Positions 18,603-29,497 are shown, numbered from the stretch's first letter. The stretch: DNA of 64,000 nucleotides from Candidatus Omnitrophota bacterium (GCA_903836515.1 CAILQW010000032.1:833-64832), one strand, 5' to 3'. Notes: a model not told the origin generated them from the sequence alone. A program made the numbers and translations.

Positions 18603-19226
18603 ATGCCTAAGCTCACAGTTTACAATATCAAAGGCCAGGAATCCGGATCGATCGATCTTCCGGAGGATTTCGGCAAAGACGTTAACGAAGCGGTCATTCA
18701 TCAGGCCGTGGTGATGTACCAGGCGAACAAACGCCAGGGCAATGCGGACACCAAGATCCGTTCCGAGATCTCCGGCGGCAACAAGAAGCCGTTTCGTCAG
18801 AAGGGCACAGGCCGTGCCCGTCAGGGATCTTCCCGCTCACCGCTCATGCGCCATGGTGGTGTTGTATTCGGGCCTCAGCCGCGTGATTACAGCTATACAC
18901 TGCCACAGAAAGTGCGCGTAGCGGCACTGCGTGAAGCCCTCAATGCGAAATTCAAGACGGACGCCCTGGTTTGCGTGGACAAGATGGCTGTTGAGTCCGG
19001 CAAGACAAAAGATTTTATGGGGGTCCTCAAGAACCTTAAGCTATCGACGGGGAAGGTGCTTGCGTTGTTCGATGACTGCGGCGAGGATGTGGGTCGTGCA
19101 TCACGCAATGTCGCGCGCGTCAACATGCTGCGCTCGTCCGATGTGAACGCGCTGGATATCCTCAAGAACAACAAGGTCTTGGCGACAAAGTCCGCCATGG
19201 AAAAACTTCTGAAGAGATTACAATGA
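18603..19226 (+). CDS. rplD: 50S ribosomal protein L4
   Basis: 207 aa L4 family, S10-operon position. Confidence 0.9.
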   Translation: MPKLTVYNIKGQESGSIDLPEDFGKDVNEAVIHQAVVMYQANKRQGNADTKIRSEISGGNKKPFRQKGTGRARQGSSRSPLMRHGGVVFGPQPRDYSYTLPQKVRVAALREALNAKFKTDALVCVDKMAVESGKTKDFMGVLKNLKLSTGKVLALFDDCGEDVGRASRNVARVNMLRSSDVNALDILKNNKVLATKSAMEKLLKRLQ

Positions 19227-19498
19227 TCAGTCACGAAGTCATCAAGAATTTGCTCCGTACCGAGAAGGTTGTGGCGATTGAAAAGGCCCGCCAGTATGTT
19301 TTTCGTGTGGCGGTTGCTGCGACAAAGCCGCAGGTCAAAAAAGCGGTTGAGGAGATTTATAAGGTCAAGGTTGGGTCTGTTAATATTATTAACGTTCCCG
19401 GGAAGAGGAAGCGTGTCCGTACACGGTATGGTTACACGGCTGACTGGAAAAAAGCGGTTGTCACTCTAAAAGAGGGCAACAAGATCGAGGTAGCCTGA
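19223..19498 (+). CDS. rplW: 50S ribosomal protein L23
   Basis: 91 aa, ATGA overlap with rplD. Confidence 0.9.
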   Translation: MISHEVIKNLLRTEKVVAIEKARQYVFRVAVAATKPQVKKAVEEIYKVKVGSVNIINVPGKRKRVRTRYGYTADWKKAVVTLKEGNKIEVA

Positions 19499-19500
19499 AC

Positions 19501-20340
19501 ATGGGTATCAAGCGTTTCAAGCCTACAACACCTGGTGTCAGACACGCAGCTCTCTGTGATTTCAGCGAGTTGACAAAACATACGCCGGAAAAGTCTCTCC
19601 TGGCGCCCCTGAAAAAGTCCGGCGGACGTAACAATTACGGCCGTGTGACGTCGCGTCATCGCGGCGGCGGGCACAAGAGGATGTATCGTCTTGTTGATTT
19701 CAAGCGTTCACGTTTCGACGATGTCGCCACGGTGCTGGGGATCGAGTACGATCCTAACCGCACGACGCGCATTGCGCTCGTCCAGTATAAAAGCGATAAC
19801 ACCAAGAGTTATATCTTGGCGCCCCTCGACCTTAAGGTCGGTGATGTGGTTGTCAGCTCTAATGCGGATAATGTCGAGATCAAGCCAGGTAATGCGATCC
19901 CTCTGGCCAAGATCCCGCTGGGCACGGCGGTGCATAATATTGAACTTTATCCTGGACGCGGCGGCAAGATCGCCCGCTCGGCCGGATCTTCAGCCCAGTT
20001 GATTGCCAAAGAAGGCGGGGTAGCGCACCTGAGAATGCCTTCCAGTGAGATGCGCAAGGTGATGAGTGATTGCCGTGCGACGATCGGCCAGCTGAGCAAT
20101 GTCGAGCATGAGACGCAGTCCATTGGTAAGGCCGGACGCAACCGTTGGAAAGGTATCCGGGGTCAGTCGCGCGGTGTTGTTATGAATCCTGTGGATCATC
20201 CGCATGGCGGCGGTGAAGGTAAGACCCCCCAGGGTAACCCGCATCCTGTTACGCCGTGGGGCAAGCCGACGAAGGGGTATAAGACCCGCAAACCGGGCAA
20301 ATATTCTGACCAGTTCATCGTTAAGAGAAGGACCAAGTAA
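19501..20340 (+). CDS. rplB: 50S ribosomal protein L2
   Basis: 279 aa with conserved GGGHKR and C-terminal HPHGGGEGK. Confidence 0.95.
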   Translation: MGIKRFKPTTPGVRHAALCDFSELTKHTPEKSLLAPLKKSGGRNNYGRVTSRHRGGGHKRMYRLVDFKRSRFDDVATVLGIEYDPNRTTRIALVQYKSDNTKSYILAPLDLKVGDVVVSSNADNVEIKPGNAIPLAKIPLGTAVHNIELYPGRGGKIARSAGSSAQLIAKEGGVAHLRMPSSEMRKVMSDCRATIGQLSNVEHETQSIGKAGRNRWKGIRGQSRGVVMNPVDHPHGGGEGKTPQGNPHPVTPWGKPTKGYKTRKPGKYSDQFIVKRRTK

Positions 20341-20342
20341 AT

Positions 20343-20630
20343 ATGACACGTTCCGTTGCCAAGGGGCCTTATCTCGAGGACTCTTTGAAGAGAAAGTTCG
20401 ACAAGATGATCGCTTCGGGGGCCAAGCAGCCGATCAAGACGTGGTCCCGCCGTTCAACGATCCTGCCTGATTTTGTGGGTTATACGTTCGCGGTTCATAA
20501 TGGGCGCAAACATATTCCGGTCTTTGTGACCGAGAACATGGTCGGGTTCAAGCTCGGGGAGTTTTCTCCGACAAGAACGTTCAAGGCACACGGCGGTATC
20601 AAGGCCAAAAAAGCTGCCGTCAAGAAATAA
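20343..20630 (+). CDS. rpsS: 30S ribosomal protein S19
   Basis: 95 aa, [19 protein letters not shown] motif. Confidence 0.95.
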   Translation: MTRSVAKGPYLEDSLKRKFDKMIASGAKQPIKTWSRRSTILPDFVGYTFAVHNGRKHIPVFVTENMVGFKLGEFSPTRTFKAHGGIKAKKAAVKK

Positions 20631-20645
20631 TCAAAGGTGTAAAAA

Positions 20646-20981
20646 ATGATTGCCAGAGCCAAAGGTCGTTATCTTAGAGTTTCTCCAACAAAGGTCAGGC
20701 AGATCCTCGATCTGATCCGCGGGAAAAGTGTGCCGGTCGCGCAGACGATCCTCGCACATTTGAACAAGCCCACCAAGGAGAAAATCGTGAAGGTTTTTGA
20801 TTCTGCGGTGGCCAATGCCAGGCAGAAGGGTGTTTCCGAAGACCAGCTTTTCGTCTCCAGGATCACGGCGGATCAGGGCCCTGTCTGGAAGCGGTTTCAT
20901 GCAGCCACCTTCGGACGCGCGACGGAAATCCTCAAGAAGACCACGCATATAACCGTGGAACTTGATCTCAAGGTCAGATAA
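20646..20981 (+). CDS. rplV: 50S ribosomal protein L22
   Basis: 111 aa L22 family. Confidence 0.9.
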   Translation: MIARAKGRYLRVSPTKVRQILDLIRGKSVPVAQTILAHLNKPTKEKIVKVFDSAVANARQKGVSEDQLFVSRITADQGPVWKRFHAATFGRATEILKKTTHITVELDLKVR

Positions 20982-20996
20982 ACAGGGGTATTGAAA

Positions 20997-21647
20997 GTGG
21001 GACAAAAAGTCAGTCCAGTCGTATTAAGAATCGGGATCAACAAGAATTGGCGGAGCATGTGGTTCGCGGATCCCAAGGATTACGCGGGCAACATTCAAGA
21101 GGATTACAGGATACGCCAGTACATCCGCAAGAAGTTTGTCCAGGGGGCTGTAGCCCTTGTGGAAATCGAGCGTTTGGCCAATCAGATCAAGATCCGTATT
21201 TCTTCGGCAAGACCCGGGGTGATCATCGGCCGCCGCGGTGCTGATATCGACCGCCTTCGCCAGGATCTTTCGAAGATCACGACCAAAGAGATTTCCGTGG
21301 ACATCAAGGAGATCAAGAACCCTGCCATCGATGCACAGCTAGTGGCGCAGGGGGTTGCCTTCCAGATGGAAAAACGTATCGGTTTTCGCCGCGCCATGAA
21401 ACGTGCCGTCGAGCAGACCATTCAGGCCGGCGCCAAGGGTGTTAAGATCATTGTTTCCGGACGCCTGGACGGCGCCGAGATCGCCCGTCGTGAAAAATAT
21501 CATGTCGGCAAGATCCCCCTGCAGACGTTTCGGGCGGATATCGATTATGGGTTTGCCGAGGCTGTGACAACGTTCGGCTGCATTGGTGTGAAGGTTTGGA
21601 TTTATAAGGGTGATACCATCAAGGATGCTCGCAAGGCCGAAGCGTAA
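20997..21647 (+). CDS. rpsC: 30S ribosomal protein S3
   Basis: KH domain and S3 C-terminal; likely GTG start at 20997 (track uses TTG 20991). Confidence 0.9.
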   Translation: MGQKVSPVVLRIGINKNWRSMWFADPKDYAGNIQEDYRIRQYIRKKFVQGAVALVEIERLANQIKIRISSARPGVIIGRRGADIDRLRQDLSKITTKEISVDIKEIKNPAIDAQLVAQGVAFQMEKRIGFRRAMKRAVEQTIQAGAKGVKIIVSGRLDGAEIARREKYHVGKIPLQTFRADIDYGFAEAVTTFGCIGVKVWIYKGDTIKDARKAEA

Positions 21648-21658
21648 GGAGTCAGATC

Positions 21659-22078
21659 ATGGCGTTAATGCCAAAGAGAGTAAAATATCGTAAAGCCCAA
21701 AAAGGCAAATGCCGCGGGATCGCCTGCTCAGGCGCGAAGTTGTCTTTCGGCGAGTATGGTTTGAAAGCCCTGGATAACGGGCTTGTACGTTCCAATCATA
21801 TCGAGGCGTGCCGTGTGGCCATGGTGCGAAAACTGCGCGGTGCCGGGAAATTGTGGATCAATATTTTTCCGCATAAGCCTGTAACAAAAAAGCCGGCGGA
21901 AACGCGCATGGGCAAAGGCAAGGGTGACCTTGACCATTGGGTGGCCGTGATCAAACGCGGACGCGTGATCTTCGAGATCAGCGGCGTTCCCGAGGATTTT
22001 GCCAAGAGTCTTTTGAGGCTTGTTGCTTTCAAGCTTCCGGTCAAGACCAAATTCGTAACCCGTTCGAAAAAGGTCTAA
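21659..22078 (+). CDS. rplP: 50S ribosomal protein L16
   Basis: 139 aa, ETRMGKGKG motif. Confidence 0.95.
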   Translation: MALMPKRVKYRKAQKGKCRGIACSGAKLSFGEYGLKALDNGLVRSNHIEACRVAMVRKLRGAGKLWINIFPHKPVTKKPAETRMGKGKGDLDHWVAVIKRGRVIFEISGVPEDFAKSLLRLVAFKLPVKTKFVTRSKKV

Positions 22079-22088
22079 GTGAGAATAT

Positions 22089-22301
22089 ATGAAAGTTAAA
22101 GAATTAAGAGATCAGAGTGCCGAGGACCTTATCCAGAGAGAAAATAATCTCAAAAAGGATATTTTCACCCTCAGGCAGGAAAAGAGCGTTTCCGGGAAGG
22201 CTGAAAAACCTTCGCGTTTCAAAACCGTCAGGAAAGAGATCGCGCGTATTCAGACGATCCTTAACGAAAGAAAGAATCAAGATGGAAACAAGAGCAAATA
22301 A
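22089..22301 (+). CDS. rpmC: 50S ribosomal protein L29
   Basis: 70 aa, MKVKELRDQSAEDL... canonical. Confidence 0.9.
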   Translation: MKVKELRDQSAEDLIQRENNLKKDIFTLRQEKSVSGKAEKPSRFKTVRKEIARIQTILNERKNQDGNKSK

Positions 22302-22563
22302 ACGCAAGACGATGACCGGCAAGGTTGTCAGTGACAAGATGATGAAAACGCGTGTGGTAGAGGTTGTTTCCACCGTGCGTCATCCCAAGTACGGCAAGCT
22401 GATGAACCAGAAAGCCAAGTACAAGGCGCATGACGAGAAGAATGAGTCCCATACCGGGGATGTTGTCGAACTTATGTCTTCGCGCCCGATATCCAAGGAC
22501 AAGTGCTGGACCATTACGCGCGTTGTCAGCCGGAATACGGACAAAGAGGCGGTGCAGGCATGA
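22282..22563 (+). CDS. rpsQ: 30S ribosomal protein S17
   Basis: METRANKRKTMTGKVVSDKM...; internal ATG of track ORF 22117..22563; overlaps rpmC 3' end by 20 nt. Confidence 0.9.
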   Translation: METRANKRKTMTGKVVSDKMMKTRVVEVVSTVRHPKYGKLMNQKAKYKAHDEKNESHTGDVVELMSSRPISKDKCWTITRVVSRNTDKEAVQA

Positions 22564-22928
22564 TCCAGATGAAGACACTCCTGCAGGTCGCCGATAATAC
22601 CGGTGCGCGGACGGCGTCGGTCATCGGCGTGTTAAATGCCAAAGGCAAGCTTACAGCCAGGATCGGCGATATTGTCAGGGTTAATATCAAGGAATCGACG
22701 CCGGATGCGGCTGTGAAGAAGGGCCAGAAGGCGAAGGGTGTCATTGTTCGCACGAAAATGCCGATTCGCCGTACCGATGGTACATATGTGCGTTTTGATT
22801 CCAATGCGGTCGTGTTGATCGATGACGCCGGCAATCCCAAGGGTACCCGCGTGTTTGGTCCTGTGGCCCGCGAGCTTCGTAATATGGAATACATGAAGAT
22901 CATTTCTTTAGCCCCAGAGGTAGTCTAA
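22560..22928 (+). CDS. rplN: 50S ribosomal protein L14
   Basis: MIQMKTLLQVADNTGAR canonical; ATGA overlap with rpsQ. Confidence 0.95.
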   Translation: MIQMKTLLQVADNTGARTASVIGVLNAKGKLTARIGDIVRVNIKESTPDAAVKKGQKAKGVIVRTKMPIRRTDGTYVRFDSNAVVLIDDAGNPKGTRVFGPVARELRNMEYMKIISLAPEVV

Positions 22929-23239
22929 TGTTGCGCATCAAACGTGATGATAAGGTTATTGTGATCGCCGGCAAGGACAAGGGAAAAACCGGGAAGGTCA
23001 TCAAGGTCGTGACAGCCAAAAACCAGGTGGTTGTTGAGAATGTCAACCTGGTGAAGAAGGCCGTCAAAAAGAGCGACCAGTATCCCACCGGCGGGTTTAT
23101 CGATGTGGAACGTCCCGTGCATATTTCCAATGTCATGCTTGCCGATGGCAAGACCAACAAGCCGGCGCGTTTCAAGGCCAATGTCCTTAAGGACGGGTCC
23201 AAAGTTCGCATCAGCAAAAAGAGCGGCGAAACAATCTAA
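22928..23239 (+). CDS. rplX: 50S ribosomal protein L24
   Basis: KOW motif (IKRDDKVIVIAGKDKGKTGKV). Confidence 0.95.
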   Translation: MLRIKRDDKVIVIAGKDKGKTGKVIKVVTAKNQVVVENVNLVKKAVKKSDQYPTGGFIDVERPVHISNVMLADGKTNKPARFKANVLKDGSKVRISKKSGETI

Positions 23240-23242
23240 GAG

Positions 23243-23806
23243 GTGTTTGACGTGAAATCTGAACTGTTCGATAAGTATCAGAAAAAAGTTGTCCCGGCGA
23301 TGCAGGAAAAATTCGGGATCAAGAATGTCATGGCGGTTCCCCGCCTGGATAAGATCGTTGTGAACATGGGCGTCGGGGAAGCGATTTCCGACCTGAAGAT
23401 ACTCGAGACGGCGGCTGAAGATCTTGCGGCCATTACCGGTCAGAAGCCTTCTATCCGTCGTTCCAAGAAAGCGGTCTCAAATTTTCGTTTGAAAGAAAAT
23501 GCTCCTATCGGCTGCAAGGTCACGCTGCGCCGTCAAAGGATGTACGAGTTCATGGAACGCCTGGTCAATGTAGTCCTGCCGCGTATCCGTGACTTCAACG
23601 GCATTTCACGCAAGTCGTTTGATCGTGAGGGTAATTATTCCCTCGGCGTCAAAGAACAGGCTATTTTTCCGGAGATCGACCCCACGCGCCGTGATTTTCG
23701 TGCGCAGGGGATGGACATCACTTTTGTGATCAAGGGCGGCAATCCTGAAAAGAACGTCGAGATGTTGAGCCTCATGGGCGTGCCGTTTACCTCGCTTATT
23801 AAATAA
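23243..23806 (+). CDS. rplE: 50S ribosomal protein L5
   Basis: 187 aa L5 family; GTG start. Confidence 0.9.
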   Translation: MFDVKSELFDKYQKKVVPAMQEKFGIKNVMAVPRLDKIVVNMGVGEAISDLKILETAAEDLAAITGQKPSIRRSKKAVSNFRLKENAPIGCKVTLRRQRMYEFMERLVNVVLPRIRDFNGISRKSFDREGNYSLGVKEQAIFPEIDPTRRDFRAQGMDITFVIKGGNPEKNVEMLSLMGVPFTSLIK

Positions 23807-23828
23807 TAAAGGATGGTCAAAGGGATTT

Positions 23829-24014
23829 ATGGCAAAAAAAGCGCTGATCAACAAATCCAAGCAGAAGCCCAAGTTTTCAACTCGACAGCATAACCGCTGT
23901 CATTTGTGCGGCCGTCCCAGGGCTTATTTGCGCAGATTTGGTATTTGCCGTCTTTGTTTCAGGGAACTGGCATGGAAGGGAGAGATCCCCGGTGTCAAGA
24001 AGGCGAGCTGGTAA
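23829..24014 (+). CDS. rpsZ: 30S ribosomal protein S14, zinc-binding type (S14 type Z)
   Basis: 61 aa with CxxC...CxxC (CHLCGRP...CRLCFRE). Confidence 0.9.
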   Translation: MAKKALINKSKQKPKFSTRQHNRCHLCGRPRAYLRRFGICRLCFRELAWKGEIPGVKKASW

Positions 24015-24149
24015 GCCGGCTGAAATGGGTTTCGGCCCGATGATCCCGGGTTTCAAGGTCCTGTCTTAGAGCCCGGATGCAGGGACAGGGAAATAAGATA
24101 TCTCCGGTGGGTGCCGGAGAGGGTAATAAAATAAAAGAGGTTCTGCACG

Positions 24150-24545
24150 ATGGCAGTTTCAGATTCGATAGCAAACATGTTGACGATCATCCGTAACGCG
24201 ATCAATGTCCGCAAGGATACGGTCGATGTTCCTGCTTCAAAACTTAACGAGCAGATCCTTGCCATCATGAAGAAAGATGGTTATATTGAGGATATTCGTT
24301 TGCTCAAGGATAACAAGCAGGGTGTACTCAAGGTTTATCTGAAGTATGCGGGCCGTAAGAACGCCATTGCCGGGCTGAAACGCGTGTCGAAGTCTGGTCT
24401 TCGTGTTTATGTGAAGAATGACGAGATCCCACGGGTTTTGAGCGGCCTGGGGGTGGCTGTTATTTCCACATCGCAGGGCATCATTGATGACAAGGAAGCG
24501 CGTAAATTAAACATCGGGGGCGAAGTCCTCTGTTACGTCTGGTAA
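24150..24545 (+). CDS. rpsH: 30S ribosomal protein S8
   Basis: 131 aa S8 family. Confidence 0.9.
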   Translation: MAVSDSIANMLTIIRNAINVRKDTVDVPASKLNEQILAIMKKDGYIEDIRLLKDNKQGVLKVYLKYAGRKNAIAGLKRVSKSGLRVYVKNDEIPRVLSGLGVAVISTSQGIIDDKEARKLNIGGEVLCYVW

Positions 24546-24551
24546 GGTGAT

Positions 24552-25091
24552 ATGTCTAGAATCGGTAAGATCCCTTTAGTACTCCCGAAAGAAGTTAAGA
24601 TCAGCATTACGCCCTCGGCGGTGAATGTTGAAGGCCCCAAGGGCAAGTTGAGCGCCGTCCTGCCGTACGCCGTCAAGGTGGAGCAGAAAGACGGGGCGCT
24701 TATCATCAGCCGTGTCAGCGAGTCCAAACAGACACGTGCGGACCATGGCACATTGCGTGCACTTTTAAAGAACATGATCGTCGGTGTGACCAAGGGCCAT
24801 ACGAGGGACCTGGAGATCCAGGGGCTCGGGTTTCGCGGCGCGGTTACAGGGCAGAAACTTTTGATGACGCTGGGGTTCAGCCATCCGGTCGAGTTTATGG
24901 TCCCCAAGGACATCAAGATTGCCACACCCAAGCCGACAGAAATCAAGCTTGAAGGTGCTGACAAGATTCTGGTCGGTCTTGTGGCGGCGCAGATCCGTGC
25001 GATCAAACCGCCGGAACCGTATAAGGGTAAAGGTATTCGTTACGTTGGCGAGGTTGTCAAACGTAAACAGGGTAAATCCGTAACCAAGTAA
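24552..25091 (+). CDS. rplF: 50S ribosomal protein L6
   Basis: 179 aa L6 family. Confidence 0.9.
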   Translation: MSRIGKIPLVLPKEVKISITPSAVNVEGPKGKLSAVLPYAVKVEQKDGALIISRVSESKQTRADHGTLRALLKNMIVGVTKGHTRDLEIQGLGFRGAVTGQKLLMTLGFSHPVEFMVPKDIKIATPKPTEIKLEGADKILVGLVAAQIRAIKPPEPYKGKGIRYVGEVVKRKQGKSVTK

Positions 25092-25097
25092 TGGACT

Positions 25098-25460
25098 ATG
25101 CTGAATATTACTGAAGTAAAAAGAATTTATCGTCATCGCCGTATTCGCGCGAAGATCTCAGGGTCTGCCGAACGTCCGCGCATGTGTGTGCACCGCAGTC
25201 TGAAGAATATGTCGGTGAGTGTCATTGATGACGTGACAGGAAAAGTATTGATGGGCTTGTCAACACTGGCCAAAGAGGTCAAGGGCAAGGTCAAGAATGG
25301 GGGCAACATCAAAGCTGCCGAAGTTCTGGGCGAGGCGTTTGCCAAACTCGTGCTGGTCAAAGGCATCAAGTCGGTGTCATTTGACCGCGGCGGGTACATG
25401 TACCATGGGCGCGTCAAGGCCTTTGCGGATGCAGCGCGTAAAGCTGGATTGGAATTCTAA
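25098..25460 (+). CDS. rplR: 50S ribosomal protein L18
   Basis: 120 aa; RHRRIRAKISGSAERPR N-terminus. Confidence 0.9.
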   Translation: MLNITEVKRIYRHRRIRAKISGSAERPRMCVHRSLKNMSVSVIDDVTGKVLMGLSTLAKEVKGKVKNGGNIKAAEVLGEAFAKLVLVKGIKSVSFDRGGYMYHGRVKAFADAARKAGLEF

Positions 25461-25466
25461 GGACAT

Positions 25467-26177
25467 ATGGAAGACAAAAAATTGAAAGACCAGGACATCA
25501 AAAACACCGGCTCACATGTTCCTCCTGCGGGAAACAACAATCGCGGCGGGGAGAAAAAGACGCAGGGGATGGAATCTGTGGACAAGGCGGAGAAGAAGCT
25601 CGCCTATTCCTCCGATAATGATGCGTCCCGTGCCCGTAGCAATCCATCAGACAAGGGCGGCCGCGGGAAAAAATCCCGTTTCCAGAAGCCTGAAGCGGAA
25701 GCCAGCGGACTCACGGAGTCTGTTATCCGTATCAGCCGCGTGGCCAAGGTCACTAAAGGCGGTACGAAACTTTCTTTCAGCGCCCTGGTGGTTGTCGGCG
25801 ACGGCAATGGTCATGCGGGTTATGCGCTGGGCAAGGCTGCCGAGGTTTCGGTGGGGATCAAGAAAGCCCTTAATGCCGCCAAGAAGCGTATGTCTGTCAT
25901 TCCGCGCCGTGGAACAACGATTCCGCACGAAGTCATCGGGAAGTGGTGTGCCACACGTGTTCTTCTGAAGCCCGCATCTGAAGGTACCGGCGTTATTGCC
26001 TGCGGTCCTGTGCGTGCAATTTGCGACGGCGCCGGCATTAAAAATATCCTTACAAAAGTTCACCGTTCCAGCAATCCATTGAATGTGGTCAAGGCCACGA
26101 TGGAAGGGTTATCACGCCTCAAGACAGTCGTTCAGGAAGTCAAGGAAGTCAACGAAGTCAAAGAAATCGCCAAGTAA
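25467..26177 (+). CDS. rpsE: 30S ribosomal protein S5 with ~70-aa low-complexity N-terminal extension
   Basis: S5 core ([39 protein letters not shown]) preceded by K/D/G-rich extension; 236 aa. Confidence 0.9.
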   Translation: MEDKKLKDQDIKNTGSHVPPAGNNNRGGEKKTQGMESVDKAEKKLAYSSDNDASRARSNPSDKGGRGKKSRFQKPEAEASGLTESVIRISRVAKVTKGGTKLSFSALVVVGDGNGHAGYALGKAAEVSVGIKKALNAAKKRMSVIPRRGTTIPHEVIGKWCATRVLLKPASEGTGVIACGPVRAICDGAGIKNILTKVHRSSNPLNVVKATMEGLSRLKTVVQEVKEVNEVKEIAK

Positions 26178-26185
26178 GGTCTTCT

Positions 26186-26722
26186 ATGCTGCATTTGCTT
26201 AAATCCCCGAAAGGGTCAAGAACACGTAAGTTTAGAAAAGGGCGCGGGCCTGCGTCAGGTCTGGGTAAAACATCCGGTCGCGGCGACAATGGTCAACGCT
26301 CACGCTCCGGACGGGGTATCATCCTTGGTTCCGAGGGTGGTCAGATGGCGCTTATCCGCCGCATTCCCAAAGTCGGGTTCAATCCGCTCAATCCGATTGT
26401 TTATCAGGTTGTCCACCTCGATGCGCTTAACAAGTTCGATGCCAATACGGTCATTGATGCCGACAAGCTCAAGGCTGCGCAATTGATCAGCAGCCGTCGT
26501 AAACCCTACAAGATCCTTTTCCGTGGCGAGCTTAAAAAAGCGCTGACGGTTAAGGCGTTTGCTTTTTCAGCAGGTGCGGCTGAAAAGATCAAGGCCGCCG
26601 GCGGATCGACCGAGGTGATCATCCCTGGGAAGCAGCTGGAGATCATGGAAATGCAGGAGAAGAAAAAGAACGCGCTAATTGCCAGGAAGGCAAACAACAA
26701 GAAAAAGGCGAAGAAGGCATAA
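26186..26722 (+). CDS. rplO: 50S ribosomal protein L15
   Basis: 178 aa; G/R-rich N-terminus typical of L15; directly follows rpsE (no rpmD between). Confidence 0.9.
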   Translation: MLHLLKSPKGSRTRKFRKGRGPASGLGKTSGRGDNGQRSRSGRGIILGSEGGQMALIRRIPKVGFNPLNPIVYQVVHLDALNKFDANTVIDADKLKAAQLISSRRKPYKILFRGELKKALTVKAFAFSAGAAEKIKAAGGSTEVIIPGKQLEIMEMQEKKKNALIARKANNKKKAKKA

Positions 26723-26731
26723 ACCTCCAAT

Positions 26732-28093
26732 ATGTTTTCCCAGTTCTTTAAGGCATTAGCCACCTGTTTCAAGATCGAAGACCTCCGCAGGAAGATTCTT
26801 TTCACCCTGGGGATTATTGCCATTTATCGTTTGGGATGTTTTATTCCCACACCCGGTATTAACGGCGCGGAGCTTGCCAAGTTCTTTGACCGCATCGCAG
26901 CCACAACCGGCGGCGGTAATGTTTTTACGATCATGAATATGTTTTCCGGTCGTTCTTTGGAAAAGCTGACTGTTTTTTCACTGGGGGTCATGCCCTATAT
27001 TTCCAGCTCGATCATCATGCAGCTTCTCACAGCCGTTATTCCGGCGCTTGAAAAGTTATCGAAAGAGGGCCAGGCCGGTTATCAGAAAATCAACCAGTTC
27101 ACCCGTTACGGAACGGTTGTTCTGGCGTTGATCCAGTCGTTCTTTATTGCGTTGTGGCTGGAAAGCCCACAGGCATTCCAGGGCTTGCATGTGGTGGATA
27201 ATCCGGGCTGGGGTTTCCGTCTCACCACGGTGGTGACGTTAACCACGGGCACGCTCATCATCATGTGGCTTGGCGAACGCATCCAGGAACGCGGTGTGGG
27301 CAACGGGATGTCCCTTATTATCACTGCCGGTATTCTTTCGGCCGCTCCGGCTGCTGTAGAGCAGACCATCCTTCTTTTATCGCCCAAGACGGCGGGCGCG
27401 GCGCAGCTTCAGCCGCTGACCATCCTGATCATGGTGTTCTTTCTCATCACAGTCATCCTGGCGACAACACTGATCACCCAGGCCCAGCGGCGGGTCCCTG
27501 TCCAGTACGCGCGCCGGATGACAGGCGGGCAGACAGCGGCAGGACAGCAGACATATATTCCTTTGAAAGTGGACACGGCAGGTATTATCGCGATCATTTT
27601 CGCGCAGTCGATTATTCTTTTTCCGGCCACTATCGCAAGTTTCATTCCTGCGCAGGGCGTGCACCATTTCGCCTCCTTCATGGCCAGAGGGCACTTTTTG
27701 TACTATTCGGTTTATGCGGCGCTCATCATTTTCTTCTGTTATTTCTATACAGCGATTGTTTTTAATCCTGCCGACGTGGCCGAGAACATGAAGAAGCACG
27801 GCGGCTTCGTTCCCGGTGTGCGCCCCGGAAAACAGACTGCCGATTATCTTGATTTTGTCCTGACACGCATTACCCTTGTCGGTGCCCTGTTTATTTGCAC
27901 GATTGCGGTCATGCCGGATGCGATCATGGCTTCAGCTAAAGTTCCGTATCTTGTGGCGTCTTTCTTCGGCGGCACAGGTATTCTGATCACTGTCGGCGTC
28001 ATGCTCGACACCATGAAACAGGTCGAATCGCATTTACAGATGCATAATTATGACGGTTTCATGCAATCGGGTCATTTAAGGGGGAGACGATGA
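26732..28093 (+). CDS. secY: Preprotein translocase subunit SecY
   Basis: 453 aa, 10 predicted TM segments, conserved SecY motifs (GIQPYISSSIIMQLL-like). Confidence 0.95.
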   Translation: MFSQFFKALATCFKIEDLRRKILFTLGIIAIYRLGCFIPTPGINGAELAKFFDRIAATTGGGNVFTIMNMFSGRSLEKLTVFSLGVMPYISSSIIMQLLTAVIPALEKLSKEGQAGYQKINQFTRYGTVVLALIQSFFIALWLESPQAFQGLHVVDNPGWGFRLTTVVTLTTGTLIIMWLGERIQERGVGNGMSLIITAGILSAAPAAVEQTILLLSPKTAGAAQLQPLTILIMVFFLITVILATTLITQAQRRVPVQYARRMTGGQTAAGQQTYIPLKVDTAGIIAIIFAQSIILFPATIASFIPAQGVHHFASFMARGHFLYYSVYAALIIFFCYFYTAIVFNPADVAENMKKHGGFVPGVRPGKQTADYLDFVLTRITLVGALFICTIAVMPDAIMASAKVPYLVASFFGGTGILITVGVMLDTMKQVESHLQMHNYDGFMQSGHLRGRR

Positions 28094-28755
28094 TCATTGT
28101 TCTTTTAGGAGCTCCGGGCGCAGGCAAGGGAACATTGGCCGGAGCGTTGAAGGAACAGCTTGGTGTTCATCATATTTCAACAGGTGACCTGATTCGTGCG
28201 GAGATCAAGGCCGGGACCGCGATTGGCCTGGAGATCAAGCGTTATGTGGAAAGCGGCGCGCTTGTCCCGGATGAGGTCGTTACCCGTATGATCGAGCTTC
28301 GCATCGCGGCAACGGCACGTGACGGCAAAGGGTATATGTTTGACGGGTTCCCGCGGACATCGGCCCAGGCTGTTGAGCTTGACAAGATCCTTTCCAGGAA
28401 CACCCTCAAGATCGATTTTGCTCTTTTTATGGAAGCCTCTGTAGACATTGTTATCCAGCGTTTGACCGGACGGCGGGTTTGCCGTGCGTGTGGTGCGTTG
28501 TTCCATCTGAAGAATATGCCATCGAAGAAGCCCGGCGTTTGCGATGCGTGCGGCGGGGAGCTTTACCAGCGCGCGGATGACAACGAGGAAACGATCAAGA
28601 AGCGCATGACGGTGTATAATGAAAGCACTATGCCCATTGTGGATCATTACAGGCTCCAGGGTAAATTGAAGATGGTGAATGCCGATGGCGGCGCCGAACA
28701 GGTTCGCGTGGCTTTACTTAAGATCCTGAATGAAGTGAATGAAAAAAAATCTTGA
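28090..28755 (+). CDS. adk: Adenylate kinase with zinc-binding lid
   Basis: P-loop GAPGAGKGT; lid CRACG...CDACGG. Confidence 0.95.
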   Translation: MIIVLLGAPGAGKGTLAGALKEQLGVHHISTGDLIRAEIKAGTAIGLEIKRYVESGALVPDEVVTRMIELRIAATARDGKGYMFDGFPRTSAQAVELDKILSRNTLKIDFALFMEASVDIVIQRLTGRRVCRACGALFHLKNMPSKKPGVCDACGGELYQRADDNEETIKKRMTVYNESTMPIVDHYRLQGKLKMVNADGGAEQVRVALLKILNEVNEKKS

Positions 28756-29497
28756 TATCCGTATCAAGACACCGGAAGAATTGGTAACGCTTCGTGAAGC
28801 GGGTCATATACTGGCCCGGATCCTTGAAAAGATCAAAAGTTCTTTGAAGATAGGGATAACGACACGGGAAATCGATACTGCTGCTGCGCAGATGATCATG
28901 CAGGAAAATGTCCTGCCTGCGTTCAAGGGGTATCGCGGTTATCCGGCCTGTTTATGTATTTCCGTGAATGAAGAGGTTGTCCACGGCATCCCCGGAGACC
29001 GTGTCATCAAGAGCGGCGATATCGTTAGTATCGATATCGGGATCATCTACCGTCAGTATTTTTCTGACATGGCCGTGACTGTCGGGATCGGTGAATTGGA
29101 ACCGCGTTACCGTAAACTGCTGGATGTGACGCGGCAGGCTCTTTATAAAGGGATTGCGCAGGCCCGAAGCGGGGCAAGGCTCGGTGATGTGTCGCATGCG
29201 ATCCAGGCCTATGCCGAAGCCAAAGGGTTTTCCATTGTGCGCGATTTTGTAGGTCACGGCATTGGCAGACAACTGCATGAAGACCCCGAGATCCCCAATT
29301 ACGGACGGCCCGGTACAGGCCCGTTGTTGAAACCGGGCATGGTTCTTGCGATCGAGCCGATGGTGAATATGGGCGGGTTTCAAACCAAGACATTAAAGGA
29401 CGGCTGGACCGTGATCACGGCCGACCGCAAACCTTCAGCGCATTTTGAACACACTGTCGCCGTGACCGAGCAGGGTCCTGTGATCCTGACGGAATGA
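28739..29497 (+). CDS. map: Methionine aminopeptidase type I
   Basis: M24A metal ligand context (D..DIGI..., HGIG, E...E) in 252 aa. Confidence 0.9.
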   Translation: MKKNLDIRIKTPEELVTLREAGHILARILEKIKSSLKIGITTREIDTAAAQMIMQENVLPAFKGYRGYPACLCISVNEEVVHGIPGDRVIKSGDIVSIDIGIIYRQYFSDMAVTVGIGELEPRYRKLLDVTRQALYKGIAQARSGARLGDVSHAIQAYAEAKGFSIVRDFVGHGIGRQLHEDPEIPNYGRPGTGPLLKPGMVLAIEPMVNMGGFQTKTLKDGWTVITADRKPSAHFEHTVAVTEQGPVILTE

